Notes: a model not told the origin generated them from the letters alone. Positions 8,251 through 18,807 are shown, counted from the first letter of the stretch. The stretch is DNA of 64,000 nucleotides from Candidatus Uhrbacteria bacterium CG10_big_fil_rev_8_21_14_0_10_50_16 (GCA_002774875.1 PCYM01000005.1:1979-65978), one strand, 5' to 3'. Numbers and translations: made by a program.

Positions 8251-8710
8251 TATGTCTATCGAACGCACAGTGGTGTTACTCAAACCAGACGCGCTACAAC
8301 GCGATCTCTTGGGCCAAATCATTACACGCTTTGAACGCAAGGGATTAAAGCTCGTCGGTCTTAAACTTGCGCAGCCATCTGGCGATGTGTGGGATGAGCA
8401 TTATTCTCATCATGTTGAAAAGCCGTTTTACCCGGGACTTAAAGCCTTTATGATGCATGGACCATTGGTCGCGATTGCATTGGAGGGAATCGGAGCGATC
8501 GACGAAGTGCGAAAAATCGTTGGAGCCACCAATCCTCAAGAGGCAGATGCAGGGACCATTCGAGCAGACTTTGCCATGAGTATTGGAGCAAACTTGGTGC
8601 ATGCATCAGATGGAGCTGAGACGGCGGCAAATGAGCTTAAACGGTTCTTTAGTGAGGGAGAGTTGTTTACCTACGAGAAGATTTCCGATCAGTACATTGT
8701 TGCGGATTAA
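8251..8710 (+). CDS. ndk: Nucleoside diphosphate kinase
   Basis: ERTVVLLKPDA ... NLVHASDG (active-site His) ... FF; typical Ndk length from MSIERT. Confidence 0.9.
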
Positions 8711-8716
8711 TCACAG

Positions 8717-8748
8717 AACCCTGCGCTGTTGTGGCGCGGGGTTTTTGG
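8717..8748 (+). terminator. Intrinsic terminator after ndk
   Basis: ccctgcgc...gcgcgggg stem followed by ttttt. Confidence 0.6.
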
Positions 8749-8983
8749 TTGCTTGGTGGTGGAATTTTTGGTAGAATAAAAAAGCCTTACATTGGAGGGC
8801 TTTGTGAAATTCATGAGCGCGTAGAGAAGACGCGTGTGGTGTACTTCTCTGGGTGCAATGACAGATCTGTTTCTCATGAAAACCACTCCAGCTCGTCTGC
8901 GTTCTACATATCGTAGAGTGCGGGGGCCAATGTGGGGCTCCAAAACATCGAGACATCGCGGTCGCTATCGCGGTGTTTTGCTT

Positions 8984-9011
8984 TTTGACGTTTGAGAAGT
9001 CGTGTTATACT
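8984..9011 (+). promoter_or_regulatory. Candidate promoter for the M50 protease gene (TTTGAC-16-TATACT)
   Basis: Hexamers read from the sequence; 15-16 bp spacer. Confidence 0.35.
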
Positions 9012-9020
9012 CGCAGAACT

Positions 9021-9671
9021 ATGTTAAACCTCTTATTTGATCAACCCGCGTTATTCCTCGTCGTTCTTTTGGCGATTGTGTCGGCGCTTAGTTTTCATGA
9101 ATTTGCGCACGCGTTTATTGGATATACGTTAGGAGATACCACCGCGCAGCGACTTGGACGGCTCACACTCAATCCACTTGCGCACATTGATTGGTTGGGA
9201 TTACTCATGTTGGTCACGGTTGGATTTGGGTGGGGAAAACCGGTGCCATTTAATCCGCATAATCTCAAGTTTAAAACGTGGGGTCCGGTGTTTGTAGCAT
9301 TTGCCGGACCTGCATCGAATCTTTTATTCGCGCTTGTGTCCACGGCATTATTTTGGGTGTTTGCCTATTCGGGTCTTTTGTCGGCGGACAATGCGCTTAT
9401 GATGTTCTTTGGATTCTCGGTGGTCATTAATCTCGCACTCATGTTCTTTAATCTTATTCCGTTGCCGCCGCTTGATGGTTCAAAATTGTTGTTGCTTGTT
9501 CTCGACAAACCAAAATATGTGCAAGCGCGGTTTTGGATTGAGACACGGGGCTTTTGGATTTTGATCGGTGTGTTGGTTGTTGATTCGTTTACCGGTATTA
9601 ACGCATTTGGATGGTTATTTAATCTCGTATCACGCGTGGCAAATCTCTTGCTCGGCGGTGCCTTGTTATAA
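9021..9671 (+). CDS. Site-2 protease family (peptidase M50) membrane metalloprotease
   Basis: HEFAHA HExxH motif within a TM helix; NLIPLPPLDGSKLL (NxxPxxxLDG) motif; polytopic membrane protein. Confidence 0.75.
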   Translation: MLNLLFDQPALFLVVLLAIVSALSFHEFAHAFIGYTLGDTTAQRLGRLTLNPLAHIDWLGLLMLVTVGFGWGKPVPFNPHNLKFKTWGPVFVAFAGPASNLLFALVSTALFWVFAYSGLLSADNALMMFFGFSVVINLALMFFNLIPLPPLDGSKLLLLVLDKPKYVQARFWIETRGFWILIGVLVVDSFTGINAFGWLFNLVSRVANLLLGGALL

Positions 9672-9685
9672 GTTACCTCACTGTT

Positions 9686-9892
9686 TTAAAAAAAAGTTCG
9701 ACCGGCCTCCATGTGGGGCTGGTTTTTAGGAAGAGCGATTGGAACGTCTACGTTGAATGGCCAGTGGATCATGTGGTCCACAAGGATTCCCACAACGACG
9801 TTTGCGAGCCCAAACCAGCTGTTTACGGGGTCAGCTCCCCAATGGAACAGGATGTCTCCACCGAGTCCAAGAATGGTCATCGTCAGAAGCAC
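9686..9892 (-). CDS. Small membrane protein (GTG start), in frame with and directly downstream of the 36-aa ORF; possibly one gene interrupted by an amber codon
   Basis: MLLTMTILGLGGDILFHWGADPVNSW... hydrophobic; frame continuity verified base by base. Confidence 0.4.
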   Translation of the reverse strand: MLLTMTILGLGGDILFHWGADPVNSWFGLANVVVGILVDHMIHWPFNVDVPIALPKNQPHMEAGRTFF

Positions 9893-9907
9893 GCCAAAGG
9901 CGATTTT

Positions 9908-10018
9908 CTAATTACGGTTCATGAACGCAATGGACTCGTCTTGCAGTTGAGAGCAGAGGGACGAAATCGGATCAATGATCCCGACCATGAACACAAGGAA
10001 CAGAATATACTCAAACAT
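9908..10018 (-). CDS. 36-aa hydrophobic small ORF with a strong RBS (GGAGGTG), ending at an in-frame TAG followed by a continuing ORF
   Basis: MFEYILFLVFMVGIIDPISSLCSQLQDESIAFMNRN; the same frame continues into the 9686-9892 ORF. Confidence 0.4.
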   Translation of the reverse strand: MFEYILFLVFMVGIIDPISSLCSQLQDESIAFMNRN

Positions 10019-10112
10019 ACGCACCTCCAGTGACAAAGCAGCGGTTTGGAGGAAAATGTTAATAGATAAAAGGAGATTTTGGTTTGTTTGACCCTCAATT
10101 GGTCGTTTCTTA

Positions 10113-10141
10113 TTGACAAAATCAGGCCTATCTTGTATCTT
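10113..10141 (+). promoter_or_regulatory. Promoter for rpsL (TTGACA-17-TATCTT)
   Basis: Consensus -35 with 17-bp spacer, ~110 nt upstream of the rpsL ATG, leaving a typical str-operon leader. Confidence 0.5.
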
Positions 10142-10252
10142 CGCAGCATCTTATGGCGGCTCTACAAGCCAAAATGGATACCTTACTCATCGATCTTGTG
10201 CAGTACCTCTTAGGCGGAGGGAAGTCATCCACAAGACCGTAATCGTCATAAA

Positions 10253-10669
10253 ATGCCTACCATTAACCAATTGGTGCGAAAAGGTCGCCCAAAAGCGAAG
10301 CATAAGAGCAAAGTTCCAGCTCTTGGTATTACGCAAGACAGTTTGCACCGCAAACGCGGGAAGCACGACGCTCCGTTCAAGCGTGGCGTGTGTATCCGTG
10401 TGTATACGGCAACTCCTAAAAAGCCTAACTCGGCTTTGCGAAAAGTTGCACGTGTTCGACTTTCAAATGGAATCGAGGTAACAGCCTATATTCCAGGAGA
10501 GGGTCACAACTTACAAGAGCACTCCGTGGTGATGCTTCGTGGAGGTCGTGTGAAAGACCTTCCAGGTGTGCGCTACCACATTGTTCGCGGTATGTATGAT
10601 ACGCAAGGAATTGAGGGGCGTAATCAGAGCCGATCTAAATATGGAACTCGACGACCGAAAAAGTCGTAA
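10253..10669 (+). CDS. rpsL: 30S ribosomal protein S12
   Basis: [12 protein letters not shown]...[11 protein letters not shown] signature. Confidence 0.95.
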   Translation: MPTINQLVRKGRPKAKHKSKVPALGITQDSLHRKRGKHDAPFKRGVCIRVYTATPKKPNSALRKVARVRLSNGIEVTAYIPGEGHNLQEHSVVMLRGGRVKDLPGVRYHIVRGMYDTQGIEGRNQSRSKYGTRRPKKS

Positions 10670-10689
10670 GGGACTCTTAAATACAGCCT

Positions 10690-11157
10690 ATGCGAGGTAA
10701 AAAAGCCCCAAAGCGAATCGTGAATCCTGATCCAAAATTTGGAAACATGATGGTCGCAAAATTGATTAACTATGTGATGTTGGATGGAAAGAAGACGATC
10801 GCACAAGACGTTGTGTATAACGCGTTTGCCCTTATTTCCGAGAAGTCCAAAGTGGATCCGATTGATATCTTTACACAAGCCATGGATAACGTGATGCCAA
10901 ACCTCGAGGTAAAAAGCAAACGTGTTGGTGGAGCCAACTATCAAATCCCAATGCCTGTGCGTGGTGATCGTCGTATTTCCTTGGCATTCCGATGGATCCT
11001 CAACGCAAGCCGTTCTAAGAAAGGTTCTCCTATGGCGGAGCGCTTGGCATCTGAGCTTATGGAAGCCGCAGAGGGAACAGGAGCTGCCGTAAAGAAGAAA
11101 GAAGATGTGCAACGTATGGCCGAGGCCAACAAGGCGTTCGCACACTTTGCGCGATAA
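10690..11157 (+). CDS. rpsG: 30S ribosomal protein S7
   Basis: S7 sequence; adjacent to rpsL. Confidence 0.95.
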   Translation: MRGKKAPKRIVNPDPKFGNMMVAKLINYVMLDGKKTIAQDVVYNAFALISEKSKVDPIDIFTQAMDNVMPNLEVKSKRVGGANYQIPMPVRGDRRISLAFRWILNASRSKKGSPMAERLASELMEAAEGTGAAVKKKEDVQRMAEANKAFAHFAR

Positions 11158-11244
11158 TTTGCAAGAAACAAGGACTGGGATGGAACGCTTCAGCGCTCGC
11201 CCAGTCCTCTTGTTCCTTTAGACTTGAATACAAACATTCTTTAT

Positions 11245-13335
11245 ATGCCCAGAGAGTTCCCGTTAGATCATGTTCGAAACATTGGAATTATTGCCCACAT
11301 TGATGCGGGTAAGACGACCGTTACAGAACGCATTCTTTTTTACACCGGAAAAAAGCACAAACTTGGTGAAGTGCACGAGGGAGAAGCGACCATGGACTGG
11401 ATGGAGCAAGAGCAGGAGCGTGGAATCACTATTACGTCTGCTGCAACCACGTGTTTTTGGAAAGATTACAACATCAACATTATTGATACCCCAGGGCACG
11501 TAGACTTTACCGTGGAGGTGGAGCGATCATTGCGTGTGTTGGATGGAGGTGTTGTGGTGTTCGACGGTGTGGCCGGCGTGGAACCACAATCGGAAACGGT
11601 GTGGCGACAGGCGGACAAGTACCGCGTGCCTCGTATGTGTTTGGTCAACAAACTTGACCGTACGGGTGCCGACTTCATGAAGGACTTGGATTCCATTCGT
11701 ACACGACTTACCAAAAAGGCCCATCCTATCCAATTGCCAATCGGCGTGGAGAGTGATTTTATTGGTATTATCGATTTGTTAAAAATGAAAGCCTTCTTTT
11801 ATCGAGATGATGAAGGAAAGGTGATTGATGAAGTAGAGATCCCAGATGAATACAAAGCAGAAGCCGACAAATGGCGCGCAAGTTTGGTAGAGGCGATCGT
11901 GGAGAATGACGAGATGCTCATGGAAAAATACCTCGCAGGAGAGGCGTTGACTTACGACGAACTTGTTGCGGGATTGCGTGCAGGTGTGTTGGGATTAAAT
12001 GTTATTCCTGTGCTTGTTGGATCGGCACTAAAGAACAAAGGTGTGCAGATGTTGTTGGATGCGGTGAATATGTATTTGCCAGGTCCATTGGACGTGGAGC
12101 CTGTCGTGGGAACAGATCCAGACAATGCTGAGACAAAAATCCCAATTGTTGCCGGAGACGACCAGCCCGTTGCGGCATTGGCCTTTAAGATCGCAACGGA
12201 TCCATTTGTGGGAAAGTTGGTCTTTATTCGCATCTATTCAGGTGTGCTTAAGTCTGGTTCTTACATTTTGAATGCATCGACCGGTCAAAAAGAGCGTATT
12301 GGACGATTGGTTAAATTGCATGCGAACGATCGAGAAGAGGTACAGGAAGGATATGCGGGAGATATTGTGGCGGCTGTTGGACTCAAAGAAGTTCGAACAG
12401 GACACAGTTTGTCTGACCTCGCGCACCCAATTTTGTTGGAGAGCATCACATTCCCAGAGCCGGTTATCTCGATCGCTGTGGAACCAAAAACCAAGGCCGA
12501 CCAAGAGAAAATGGGAGTCGCCTTGTCAAAATTGGCAGAAGAAGACCCAACGTTCCGTGTGCGCACCGACTCGGAGACCAACCAAACGATTATTTCTGGA
12601 ATGGGAGAGTTACACTTGGATGTGCTTGTGGACCGTATGAAGCGCGAGTTTAGCGTGGAGGTGAACGTGGGCGCACCGCAGGTTTCTTATCGTGAGTCTA
12701 TTCGTGGTGAGGCAGAGGCCGAAGGCAAGTTTGTGCGACAGTCTGGTGGTCGTGGACAGTATGGTCACGTGGTCATTAAGATCGAGCCAAACGAGCCAGG
12801 AAAAGGATACGAATTCCTCAACGAGATTAAGGGCGGAGCTGTGCCTCGTGAATACATCGAACCAGCAAACAAGGGAATTCAAGAAGCATTGGACAGCGGT
12901 ATTTATGCCGGTTACCCAGTGATTGATGTGAAGGTGCACATGATCGATGGTTCTTACCATGACGTGGACTCCTCCGAAGTTGCCTTTAAGTTGGCTGGGT
13001 CGATGGCGATTAAGGCTGCTGCGCTGAAGGCTGGCATTAAATTGTTGGAGCCAATCATGAAGGTGGAGGTGGTAACGCCTGAGGAATCTATGGGAGACGT
13101 GATTGGAGACCTTAATGCAAAACGAGGTCAGATCAGTGAGATGACGGACCGTGGTGAAGCAAAATTGATCCACGCGCTCGTTCCATTATCCGAGATGTTT
13201 GGATACGCAACACAATTGCGATCGCTCTCACAGGGACGCGCAAGCTCCTCTATGGAATTTGAGAAGTACATGGAAGTGCCAAACACAATCGCAGAGCAAA
13301 TTAAGACGGAGCGAACAGGTGAGGGGGCACGATAG
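11245..13335 (+). CDS. fusA: Elongation factor G
   Basis: [26 protein letters not shown]1 motif; full EF-G domain content; start chosen at MPREF. Confidence 0.95.
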   Translation: MPREFPLDHVRNIGIIAHIDAGKTTVTERILFYTGKKHKLGEVHEGEATMDWMEQEQERGITITSAATTCFWKDYNINIIDTPGHVDFTVEVERSLRVLDGGVVVFDGVAGVEPQSETVWRQADKYRVPRMCLVNKLDRTGADFMKDLDSIRTRLTKKAHPIQLPIGVESDFIGIIDLLKMKAFFYRDDEGKVIDEVEIPDEYKAEADKWRASLVEAIVENDEMLMEKYLAGEALTYDELVAGLRAGVLGLNVIPVLVGSALKNKGVQMLLDAVNMYLPGPLDVEPVVGTDPDNAETKIPIVAGDDQPVAALAFKIATDPFVGKLVFIRIYSGVLKSGSYILNASTGQKERIGRLVKLHANDREEVQEGYAGDIVAAVGLKEVRTGHSLSDLAHPILLESITFPEPVISIAVEPKTKADQEKMGVALSKLAEEDPTFRVRTDSETNQTIISGMGELHLDVLVDRMKREFSVEVNVGAPQVSYRESIRGEAEAEGKFVRQSGGRGQYGHVVIKIEPNEPGKGYEFLNEIKGGAVPREYIEPANKGIQEALDSGIYAGYPVIDVKVHMIDGSYHDVDSSEVAFKLAGSMAIKAAALKAGIKLLEPIMKVEVVTPEESMGDVIGDLNAKRGQISEMTDRGEAKLIHALVPLSEMFGYATQLRSLSQGRASSSMEFEKYMEVPNTIAEQIKTERTGEGAR

Positions 13336-13364
13336 AGATTGATGAACGAATACAGTTTCGTTCA

Positions 13365-13402
13365 CAAAACCGGTTCTCACGAGCCGGTTTTGTGTTTGTA
13401 AG
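13365..13402 (+). terminator. Intrinsic terminator after fusA
   Basis: aaccgg ttctcacgag ccggtt hairpin followed by ttgtgtttgtaagatt. Confidence 0.6.
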
Positions 13403-13641
13403 ATTAAGAAGGGCCAATGACTATCAGGGCTTGACAGATAGAATAAGTGTGCTACAAAGGGGGTATCGAACGATTCGATACAGACAACGATATGAAACTA
13501 TTCACGACACAACTCTGGATGAGTCACCGCAGTGCGCCTCAGGGCGTAGTGGTTGATAAAGCATTTATTGCAAATGCAGGAGTTTGTGTTGAGCGAGATA
13601 TTTTAAGAAATTGAGTTTATTTTTAAACTGGATTCTTAGAA

Positions 13642-13676
13642 CGTCTTGCGCAATAGGCAAGACGTTTGTGTTTTAG
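13642..13676 (+). terminator. Second hairpin terminator, with no annotated gene upstream
   Basis: cgtcttgc gcaatag gcaagacg perfect 8-bp stem followed by tttgtgtttt. Confidence 0.45.
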
Positions 13677-13717
13677 GGTGAGATTGGTCTTTACAGCCCC
13701 GCAAATGCGGGAGAAAG

Positions 13718-15595
13718 GTGCAAATGGCCAACGTCGATGTAGATGATCTGCGGTCGGAAGGTCCTAGCAACTGGCGTGAGTTTCTGATTCTGACGAGCGG
13801 TAGCCTCCAGACCCTCAAGTGGGTTTGGGCGCATTTTGCTGGGTCGGAGGGTCGGAGCCGTGTTAAAAGTATGGCGGTATGGATGCTGCCAAATACGGCG
13901 TTCAAGCTGCTGCCGTTCTTGGCGATTGGACGATTGGTTACGGCGGTTCAGGAACAGGACACACCCGTGGCTCGCGTTGCAACGATAGGATTCTTCCTCT
14001 CGTTGGTTCTCATGGAGCTCACGGGAAATCGGATCCGCGCGCATCGCGAGAAGGCTTTGGCAGCCTGCGCTGTGCAGATCGACAAGCGACTCTCGGAGCT
14101 GTTCTTCCATCACGGCATTGGCCAGTTCTTGTCTGAGGGAAGTCGTCTGAGTGCGGCGAACGTAGAGAAAGCTCGCGGTCGCGTGTGGTCCGTCATGGAT
14201 CTCATGATGTTTGAGGGGATTGCGGCCCTCATGGACATTGGCCTCGCCTACGTGTTGGTGTGGCTGTTGTCGCCGCGCAGCGGATTAGTTATGACGGGAC
14301 TGTTTGTTATTCACGCGTTCTTCTCTGTCTATATGAGTGGGCGTGTGATGCGTGACGGCGTGCCGATTGATCGTGAATATCGTGCACATAACGTCTATCG
14401 GACGGACCGTTGGTCTCTCTTCCGACGCGTGATTATGGCCGGACGCGTAAGAGAGGAAATCGACTACATGACCGAGTGGATGGCTCGCATCTCACGTAAG
14501 GACAATGGCTTGTGGCTTTGGTTTAACGACCAGATCAGCATTCGTGGCGTCGTGATGTCTGTGTTCTTCAGCTTGTGCGTGTGGTGGGAAGTGACGTGTG
14601 CGTTTCAAGGTATACTCGCCGTTGCGTCCATGGTTCCTTTGTTCTCATGGTCGTACAACTTGTTCATGAACTTTTGGCGACTGGGACACATGGAGCGACA
14701 GCTCAACTGGAATATGCCGAGTGTACAGGCGATGGTCGTCGCGTTGACGATCCCAACCGATGTGCCCGTTAAGGCAGACGCCCTTCAGGTATTGCCCAAC
14801 GGTCCACTCGGGATCGAATTGCGCGACGTGAGCTACGCGTATCCGTCTGAAACCTCTCCGACGGAGCTTGTACCTGTGTTAAGTCATGTAAATCTCGTGA
14901 TTCCTCCGGGCTGCAAAGTGGGTTTGGTGGGTGAGACAGGGTCGGGCAAGTCGACGATCGGGAATTTGCTCTTGCGATTCATGGATCCTACGTCGGGAGC
15001 GATTCTGGTGAATGGGTACAATCTGCGTGATTTGGACTTGTCCAGTTATTGTCGCGCGATTGGCGACATTCCTCAGCATCCCGAGATTCTGGAAGGAACA
15101 CTGAGGGACAACGTGCTCTACAATGTGCCTCTTGCGGATCGTGCGGCGTTTTCCGACGCGGACGTGTGGAGCGTGCTTGCAAAAGTCCAGTTGGCCGATC
15201 ACAAGCGGTTCACGAACGGTTTGGATACGCGTCTGGGAAAGAACGGCATGAAGTTGTCTGGTGGTCAGCGTCAGCGGCTTGCCATTGCCTCGGCGATCAT
15301 CCAGCACCTCCGATTCGTGGTGATCGATGAGGCTACGAGTGCCCTGGACGCCAAGACGGAACGCAGGGTCCAAAAGGGAATTGAGGCGATGCTGGGCGAG
15401 AACACCACGGCACTCATGATCGCACATCGGCTGCCAACGCTCAGGTTCTGTGACATGATCGTCATCCTTCGTCCGGCCTCGTCTCTGGCTCCTGGTGAGT
15501 CGCAGATTGAGTACGTGGCCACCTCGCTGGAGGACGCCTACGCGCATTCGCCCACGTTTAGGGGCTTTGCGGATGAACTGGGAATGGCCTTCTAA
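13718..15595 (+). CDS. ABC exporter (fused TMD-NBD, half transporter); GC-rich
   Basis: Walker A GETGSGKST; ABC signature LSGGQRQR; Walker B VVIDEATSALD; N-terminal polytopic TMD. Sits between fusA and tuf. Confidence 0.85.
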   Translation: MQMANVDVDDLRSEGPSNWREFLILTSGSLQTLKWVWAHFAGSEGRSRVKSMAVWMLPNTAFKLLPFLAIGRLVTAVQEQDTPVARVATIGFFLSLVLMELTGNRIRAHREKALAACAVQIDKRLSELFFHHGIGQFLSEGSRLSAANVEKARGRVWSVMDLMMFEGIAALMDIGLAYVLVWLLSPRSGLVMTGLFVIHAFFSVYMSGRVMRDGVPIDREYRAHNVYRTDRWSLFRRVIMAGRVREEIDYMTEWMARISRKDNGLWLWFNDQISIRGVVMSVFFSLCVWWEVTCAFQGILAVASMVPLFSWSYNLFMNFWRLGHMERQLNWNMPSVQAMVVALTIPTDVPVKADALQVLPNGPLGIELRDVSYAYPSETSPTELVPVLSHVNLVIPPGCKVGLVGETGSGKSTIGNLLLRFMDPTSGAILVNGYNLRDLDLSSYCRAIGDIPQHPEILEGTLRDNVLYNVPLADRAAFSDADVWSVLAKVQLADHKRFTNGLDTRLGKNGMKLSGGQRQRLAIASAIIQHLRFVVIDEATSALDAKTERRVQKGIEAMLGENTTALMIAHRLPTLRFCDMIVILRPASSLAPGESQIEYVATSLEDAYAHSPTFRGFADELGMAF

Positions 15596-15638
15596 TACGT
15601 TGCCTCGTCGGGATCTCCGGCGGGGCGCATATTTTTTA

Positions 15639-15666
15639 TTGACGCGACCCTGTATCGTGATAACAT
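15639..15666 (+). promoter_or_regulatory. Candidate promoter for the acidic small protein (TTGACG-16-TAACAT, with TG extended -10)
   Basis: Hexamers read from the sequence immediately after the ABC gene stop. Confidence 0.35.
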
Positions 15667-15675
15667 CAACCCACT

Positions 15676-16083
15676 ATGAGCCAACAACTACAAGAAATAC
15701 TGCATTTTGCACAAAAAACAGGGGACAAAGTGATCGTTACAGACAATGAGGGAAAGGAGCCAATGGTGATATTGCCATTTACAGCCTATCAAAGTCTCGT
15801 TGAACGGCTGGGTTCGGTTTCCTTTACGCCCGTCTCTTCTGAGAATGAATCGGAGGAAATCGACGCATTAGCCGATTTACCTGAGGAATTTTTTGCAACA
15901 GAGTCCAACAACGTGGATGATCTTGCTTTAGAGATCCCAGAAGCCCCAACAAAGCAAAATCGCGATCAAATCTGGCCCGTTTCTGGATCAAAAAAGGTAG
16001 AAAATACGCCAGCTTTAGCGGAAACAGATACATCGGATGCGCCGGAGGAAGAGGAGCAATTCTACTTAGAACCCGTTGAATAG
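15676..16083 (+). CDS. Hypothetical acidic protein with an N-terminal Phd/YefM-like antitoxin-type region and a long acidic tail
   Basis: N-terminus KVIVTDNEGKEPMVILPFTAYQSLVE resembles the Phd/YefM fold pattern; C-terminal ~80 aa is D/E-rich; no adjacent toxin ORF. Confidence 0.5.
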   Translation: MSQQLQEILHFAQKTGDKVIVTDNEGKEPMVILPFTAYQSLVERLGSVSFTPVSSENESEEIDALADLPEEFFATESNNVDDLALEIPEAPTKQNRDQIWPVSGSKKVENTPALAETDTSDAPEEEEQFYLEPVE

Positions 16084-16221
16084 GCCTCGTGGATAGAATC
16101 GGTACCCAGGGTACTTGCACGGTTTTCGATTCCATGGTACATTCCGCTCGCATTTCTTTACTAACCTCATTCATATTTTGATAAGAACCTCTGTCCTCGG
16201 ACAAGTTCAGTCTAATGTCAT

Positions 16222-17412
16222 ATGGCAGATGTATTCGAACGTGGGAAACCACATGTTAACGTCGGTACGATTGGTCACGTTGACCACGGTAAGACGACCC
16301 TTACGGGAGCAATTTTAAAAGTACTCCACGCACGTGGATTCAAGGCCTCGGCAGATTCTGTTGATGCTCTTGATAAGGCTCCAGAATCACGAAACCGTGG
16401 TATTACGATCGCGACCGCTCACGTTGAGTATGAGTCAGCAAATCGTCACTACGCCCACGTTGACTGTCCAGGTCACGCAGACTACGTGAAAAACATGATC
16501 ACCGGTGCAGCTCAAATGGATGCTGCAATCCTCGTGGTAAACGCCGCAGATGGTCCTATGCCACAAACGCGTGAGCACATTCTTTTGGCTCGCCAGGTTG
16601 GAGTACCTACGATCGTGGTGTTCTTGAACAAGATCGACCAGGTAGATGATCCTGAATTGATCGACTTGGTGGAAGAAGAAATTCGTGATTTGTTGAAGAA
16701 ATACGATTACGATGGAGACAACACGCCTATTATTCGTGGATCTGCGCTTAAGGCGCTTGAGAATCCTACAGATGAAGAGGCAGCAGCTCCTATTTTGAAG
16801 CTTATCGAGACATTAGACACCTATGTTGCGGAACCGGTTCGCGACATGGACAAGCCATTCCTTTTGCCAGTGGAAGATGTTTTCTCCATTGAAGGACGTG
16901 GAACGGTGGTAACGGGACGTATCGAGCGTGGAACTATCAACATCAACACGGAAGTGGAGATTGTAGGTATCGATGAAACGCAAAAGTCGACCGTTACAGG
17001 AATCGAGATGTTTAACAAGCAGCTCGAGCAGGGTCGTGCTGGAGATAACGCCGGTTTGTTGCTTCGCGGAATCCGCAAGGAGGATGTACAGCGTGGACAG
17101 GTGTTGTGTCTCCCAGGATCCATTACACCTCACACAGAGTTTGAGGCAGAGGTATACGCATTGACCAAAGAGGAAGGTGGACGTCATAAGCCATTCTTCA
17201 AAGGCTACAAGCCACAGTTCTACATCCGTACGACAGACGTAACAGGTGAGACCGTGGACTTGGGCGGTGCAGAAATGGTGATGCCAGGAGACAAGGTCAA
17301 TATGCGCATCAAATTGATTGTGCCGGTTGCACTTGAGGATCAAACACGTTTTGCTATCCGTGAGGGTGGCCGAACGGTTGGTGCTGGAGTCGTTACAAAA
17401 ATTCTTGACTAA
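16222..17412 (+). CDS. tuf: Elongation factor Tu
   Basis: [20 protein letters not shown] motifs; 396 aa. Confidence 0.97.
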   Translation: MADVFERGKPHVNVGTIGHVDHGKTTLTGAILKVLHARGFKASADSVDALDKAPESRNRGITIATAHVEYESANRHYAHVDCPGHADYVKNMITGAAQMDAAILVVNAADGPMPQTREHILLARQVGVPTIVVFLNKIDQVDDPELIDLVEEEIRDLLKKYDYDGDNTPIIRGSALKALENPTDEEAAAPILKLIETLDTYVAEPVRDMDKPFLLPVEDVFSIEGRGTVVTGRIERGTININTEVEIVGIDETQKSTVTGIEMFNKQLEQGRAGDNAGLLLRGIRKEDVQRGQVLCLPGSITPHTEFEAEVYALTKEEGGRHKPFFKGYKPQFYIRTTDVTGETVDLGGAEMVMPGDKVNMRIKLIVPVALEDQTRFAIREGGRTVGAGVVTKILD

Positions 17413-17468
17413 GGGAATCGAGGGGCAGCATCGCTGTCTCTCTTTCTCGTGAACATCGTACCTTCTAT

Positions 17469-17795
17469 ATGGCTGAAAAAACGGCAACGGATCAAAGAAT
17501 CCGAATCAAAATTCGCGCTTACGATCACAAGATCATTGATCAGGCAACAGCTACGATCATGAAAACCGCAGAGCGAACCGGTGCAAAGGTTTTGGGACCC
17601 GTTCCACTTCCAACCGCCCGTCGCATGTATACCGTCAACCGATCGACGTTCGTTCATAAAACGTCGCGCGAACAATATGAGATGCGCGTCCATAAGCGCT
17701 TGATCGATATTGTTCAGCCCTCCGAGCGGACCGTAGAGGCGCTCATGAGTCTCAACTTGCCATCTGGTGTGGACGTTGAGATCAAAATGTCATAA
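17469..17795 (+). CDS. rpsJ: 30S ribosomal protein S10
   Basis: [15 protein letters not shown] signature. Confidence 0.95.
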   Translation: MAEKTATDQRIRIKIRAYDHKIIDQATATIMKTAERTGAKVLGPVPLPTARRMYTVNRSTFVHKTSREQYEMRVHKRLIDIVQPSERTVEALMSLNLPSGVDVEIKMS

Positions 17796-18190
17796 AAACA
17801 ACCAGCTTTGCTGGACCCTGAGCTATGATCAGGGATGTGTGCATTCTGTGCTCACGTCCCTGGTCATAGACCCGGACTGTTTCCTAAAACATGGAAGAAA
17901 GATCTTACGTCAACGGTGACGAAGAAAACCTTCCAGGGTTAGACCGAAACAGAAGAAAGGATAAACTCGCTACAATAAAACCCCCGCAACTCTTGTGCCT
18001 ACGTTGTGGCTAGAAGCCCGAATAGTCGACCCTCCGTGGTTGTGTATTTGGACTTCTGGTTTTTACTTAGAACCAGTCGGGATCAATCCGTGAGTATGTG
18101 GACCTGTTCAAGAAGAATAATCAACAATCGTTGGTTGCTCATCAGGAGGCGTGTCTGCATCGTTACGCGAAATCCCTAATTTAAGACGAT

Positions 18191-18802
18191 ATGAAATGCA
18201 TCATCGGACGAAAACTTGAGATGACCCAGGTCTTCCGTGAGGATGGTACCGTTGTTCCTGTGACGTTGATCCAGGCCGGACCCTGCACGGTGACCGATGT
18301 GCGCACAGTTGACGCGAATGGCTATGCGGCTGTTCAACTCGGCTATGGCGTGCAAAAAGCTTCACGCGTGGCTAAGGCGCAGCTTGGACAGTGGCTCGAA
18401 TCAGGACCATTCCAACTTGTGAAAGAGGTGCGCGTGAGTGACCCATCGAATTACGAAGTGGGTGCAACGGTTGACGCTTCAATTTTTGAGGCAGGAGATA
18501 AAATCGATGTGATCGGCACATCCAAGGGTCGTGGGTTCCAAGGTGTTGTGAAGCGTCACGGATTCCGTGGTTCTAAAACAACCCATGGTAACAAAGACCA
18601 ACAGCGCATGCCGGGTTCCATTGGAGCCACGGGTCCACAGCGTGTGTTTAAGGGGATGCGAATGGCAGGACGCATGGGTGGTGATCGCACCACGGTACAG
18701 AACCTCGAGATCGTCGAGGTACGTCCAAATGGATTAGTCGCCGTAAAAGGTGCAGTTCCTGGAAGCCGAAACAGTCTTATTGTTCTAAAGAGCGTTAAGT
18801 AA
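18191..18802 (+). CDS. rplC: 50S ribosomal protein L3
   Basis: L3 sequence. Confidence 0.95.
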   Translation: MKCIIGRKLEMTQVFREDGTVVPVTLIQAGPCTVTDVRTVDANGYAAVQLGYGVQKASRVAKAQLGQWLESGPFQLVKEVRVSDPSNYEVGATVDASIFEAGDKIDVIGTSKGRGFQGVVKRHGFRGSKTTHGNKDQQRMPGSIGATGPQRVFKGMRMAGRMGGDRTTVQNLEIVEVRPNGLVAVKGAVPGSRNSLIVLKSVK

Positions 18803-18807
18803 GGGCT

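Noticed and set aside
9908-9910. Alternative genetic code (stop-codon reassignment) explaining the in-frame TAG
   Set aside because: TAG and TGA terminate many well-conserved genes in this window at the expected positions (trxA, trxB, leuS, comEC, ribosomal proteins), so a global reassignment is not supported.
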